64,000 nucleotides of DNA from Sminthopsis crassicaudata (lineage: Eukaryota): contig NC_133619.1 of the NCBI RefSeq assembly GCF_048593235.1, positions 73,794,454-73,858,453 on the forward strand, read 5' to 3'. Shown piece by piece: positions 61,320 to 64,000 of the stretch. Within the stretch, counting starts at the first letter, position 1; each line of letters begins with the position of its first letter. The notes beneath the pieces are model-generated. The model searched no databases. It was not told the origin of the DNA and was given only the letters and a program-made list of their open reading frames with translations. A program made the position numbers and the translations under genes.

Positions 61320-62680
61320 AGTCAATAAATATTTTAGTACCTACAATATGTTAGGCACTGTGCTAGGTGTTAGATATATGAAAACTAAACTTTGAAGTGC
61401 TTTATTCTATCAGAGGAAAAGACATATAAATAAAAACAAAATATATACAAGCAAAATAAATAAAAATAATTTATTTTTTACCTTTAATAAGGAGGAGCCA
61501 GTGACTGAGGTGACTAGGAAAAGCTTCACTCAGGATATGACACTTGGGCTGAATTTTGAATGATGCTGCGTCTTCTAGGATGCAAAGGTAAGAGACAAAA
61601 CATCAAGAGAATGGTGATAGGAAATGCAATGTCATGGACAGAGAACAACAAGTGGGTTCATCAGCCTGGACCATAGAATTATGGAGTGAGATAATATCTA
61701 AAAGTCAGGAAAGATAGGCTAGTGTCAAAGTGTTTTAAGTGCATTTATGTGCCACACTCAAAAGGTTATGTTTTATGTTAGAGGTAACAGGGAGTCATTG
61801 GAATTTTTATGAAGAAGGAAGTGATGTGGTCAGACATCTTTAGAGACATCACTTTGGCAGCTGTGTGGAAGATTCTGGATTGCAGGAGAGACTTAAGGCA
61901 TAAACCCCTGGAGTCTATTGAGATATTCCTGGTGAGAGGTGATGAGTATCTGAGACCTGCTAAGGAGGTTCAGCAGAATCACCAAGGCTTTGTAATTGAT
62001 TGAATATAAAGGATGAGTGAGAAGGGACAAATTGGAATTGAGGAAGACTCCAAATTTTAGTAGGATAATTGTTGATTTAACAGTAATAGGGAAGTTAGAA
62101 ATGGTAGCCAATAAACATTTATTAAGTTCCTACTATGTGCCAGATTGTAGCAGCTAAGTGGGGCAGTGACTAAAGTGTTGGGCCTGGAGTTAGAAAGACT
62201 CATCTTCCTAAGTTTAAATCAGCCTCAGGCATTTATTAGCTGTGTAAGTATGGATAAGTCACTTAAATCTGTTTGCCTCAATTTGCTCATCTCTAAAATG
62301 AGCTGGAGAAAGAAATGACTAACTACTCCAGGATCTTTGTCAAAAACAAACAAACAAATAAACAAACCCAAAATGGTGTCACAAAGAGTCAGATATGACT
62401 GCAAAACAACTGAACAACAAAATATTCCAGGCACTATGTTAGGAGGAGGGATGTTTTTAGGGGTGAGAAAAGACAGACAAAGGCAAAACAATTCTTTCTG
62501 TTTTGGACATGTTGTATTTCAGATGTTTATAGGACATTTAATAGGAAATAACCAATGAATGGTGATAATACTGAACTAGAGCTCAAGAGAGAAATAAGAA
62601 AATATAAAGATCTCACAGGCTTCTATATAGAGATAATAACTAAATCCGCAGAAGTCAATATGGTCACCAAGAGCAAAGAG
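61320..62680 (-). mobile_element. Long L2 relic with nested Mar1 SINE
   Basis: cagtcaataaatattttagtacctacaatatgttaggcactgtgctagg tail; ggtaacagggagtcattggaattt..ggtcagacatctttagagacatcactttggcagctgtgtgg. Confidence 0.8.
62150..62421 (+). mobile_element. Mar1-type CORE SINE, near full length
   Basis: gcagctaagtggggcagtg head; ctggagaaagaaatg; ggtgtcacaaagagtcagatatgactg..aacaactgaacaacaaaa RTE tail. Confidence 0.9.
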
Positions 62681-63054
62681 AGTGTGAGGATAAAATGAGA
62701 ACATGTTTGTGAAATGATTTTTAACTTTTAAGTGCTTTGTAAAAGCTAGCTATTTTTATTATTTACTCATAAAGCAATTCAGGCAGAATATCAAAAATTG
62801 ATATATTGTAAATCATTGTACCAATTACTGTATACTGTAACTAAAAACAATTCAGTAATACAGAAATAAAAATTTCAACCTTTTCATTAACTCAAATAAG
62901 AATTAAGTTGAGGAGGATTCAAATGAGATGAATTAAAGATTAAATACATGTAGATGCTATCTAATTCTGATATATTACAACCTATTTAATAATCTCAGGT
63001 ATTGCTTATTTATAAATGGAAAAATAATCATAAACTGCCAGTTTGCTTTTTAAA

Positions 63055-63390
63055 GTTTATTATTTTATTTTATTTTTATTTCTTTTTAAAATTTATTTGT
63101 TAATTTTTGATATTTACTTTTATAAGATTTTGATTTCCATTTTTTCTCCCTCCCTTCTGGCCTCCTCCCCCATAATGGCAATCAATCTGATAGTGGTTGT
63201 ACATATATAATCATATTAAACATATTTCCACATTAGTCATTTTGTGAAAGAATTGGAACAAAAAGGGAAAACCATGAGAAAGAGAAGAACAACAAAAAAG
63301 TAAAAATAATATGCTTCAATTTGCATTCAGATTTTATTGTTCTTTCTCTGGATGTGCATATATTTTTCCATCAAGAGTCTTTTGGAATTG
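63055..63390 (-). mobile_element. Marsupial L1 3' end
   Basis: T-rich tail, ttttctccctccctt, aaacatatttccacattagtcat, ttctttctctggatgtg. Confidence 0.8.
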
Positions 63391-64000
63391 CTAAAGACAG
63401 TTCTCACATGCCTCAATGCATCCCTTGGTGCAACATTATATATTACCATTGAATGTTAATGTTCATAATAATCATCAATATCATCAAGGCAGAGAAGTGT
63501 ATAATACATTCTAGAAAAGTTTCTACACAAAATGATTAAAACTTTAATGTCAATAAGACTTGAACAATATGGCATAGGACAATGAAAAGACAGTTGATAG
63601 AAATGGACTGCCATAATATTTCTGTATGTATGTCTGGCATACATGTGTGTATATGCCAAATAAAACATTTGTATACAAGGTCATCTTTAGAAGCTACTTA
63701 TCAGACTACTAAATGTGTTTTTAATCATTATAATTCAACTTCTTCCTAGTAAGGTTCATGTTTTAACATGAATGAAGCTAAATGAAAGTCCTTTTACTAC
63801 AATCTACTCCATAAGCTATTTGTAGTTACTCAGCAGCTCCCAGAGACAGGACCTGGAAGTTGGCAGGTATCAGACTCCTAGACAATTTCACTTTCTTTAA
63901 CAGAAATTTCCCCAGGGAGTCTGACTAAAAAGGAAAACAGACCTTCTGTGGTATGTCCATTAATGTAGACAAGCTCCAAAACTAGCAATGATAAAAAATT

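Noticed and set aside
1-64000. Protein-coding genes from the ORF track
   Set aside because: ORFs are short with low-complexity or AT-biased composition. Apart from L1 ORF2 remnants, none resembles a protein family I recognise.
1-64000. CRISPR arrays, prokaryotic operons, rRNA, full-length ERV or CpG-island promoter
   Set aside because: No regularly spaced repeats, dense ORFs, rRNA motifs, gag/pol/env frames or CpG-rich stretch were seen.

Overview
Strongly AT-rich, CpG-depleted mammalian non-coding DNA with four scaffold gaps. The repeat content points to a dasyurid marsupial, most likely Tasmanian devil (inference). It includes WSINE1-like tRNA/CORE SINEs, Mar1-type SINEs with RTE tails, marsupial L1 3' ends, a HAL1-like deleted L1, and abundant MIR, L2, CR1 and RTE relics. 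I recognise no protein-coding gene, RNA gene, CRISPR array or viral element. The only ORFs with recognisable homology are L1 ORF2 C-terminal remnants (33725-33976, 35987-36448); the rest of the ORF track is microsatellite, N-gap or chance. The window reads as a large intron or intergenic tract. Best observations: a strong CTCF site (26620-26638); a young 105-bp local duplication inside an ancient L2; an L1 with a short putative 3' transduction bounded by a 13-bp TSD; two neighbouring L1s truncated at almost the same position; a HAL1-like element; a (TG)n-polypyrimidine-(CA)n fold-back; and several repeat-free blocks with enhancer-like motifs or candidate cryptic exons. I found no convincing new biological system. 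Repeat family names come from recalled consensus sequences, not a search. Boundaries of old repeats are approximate (tens of bp).
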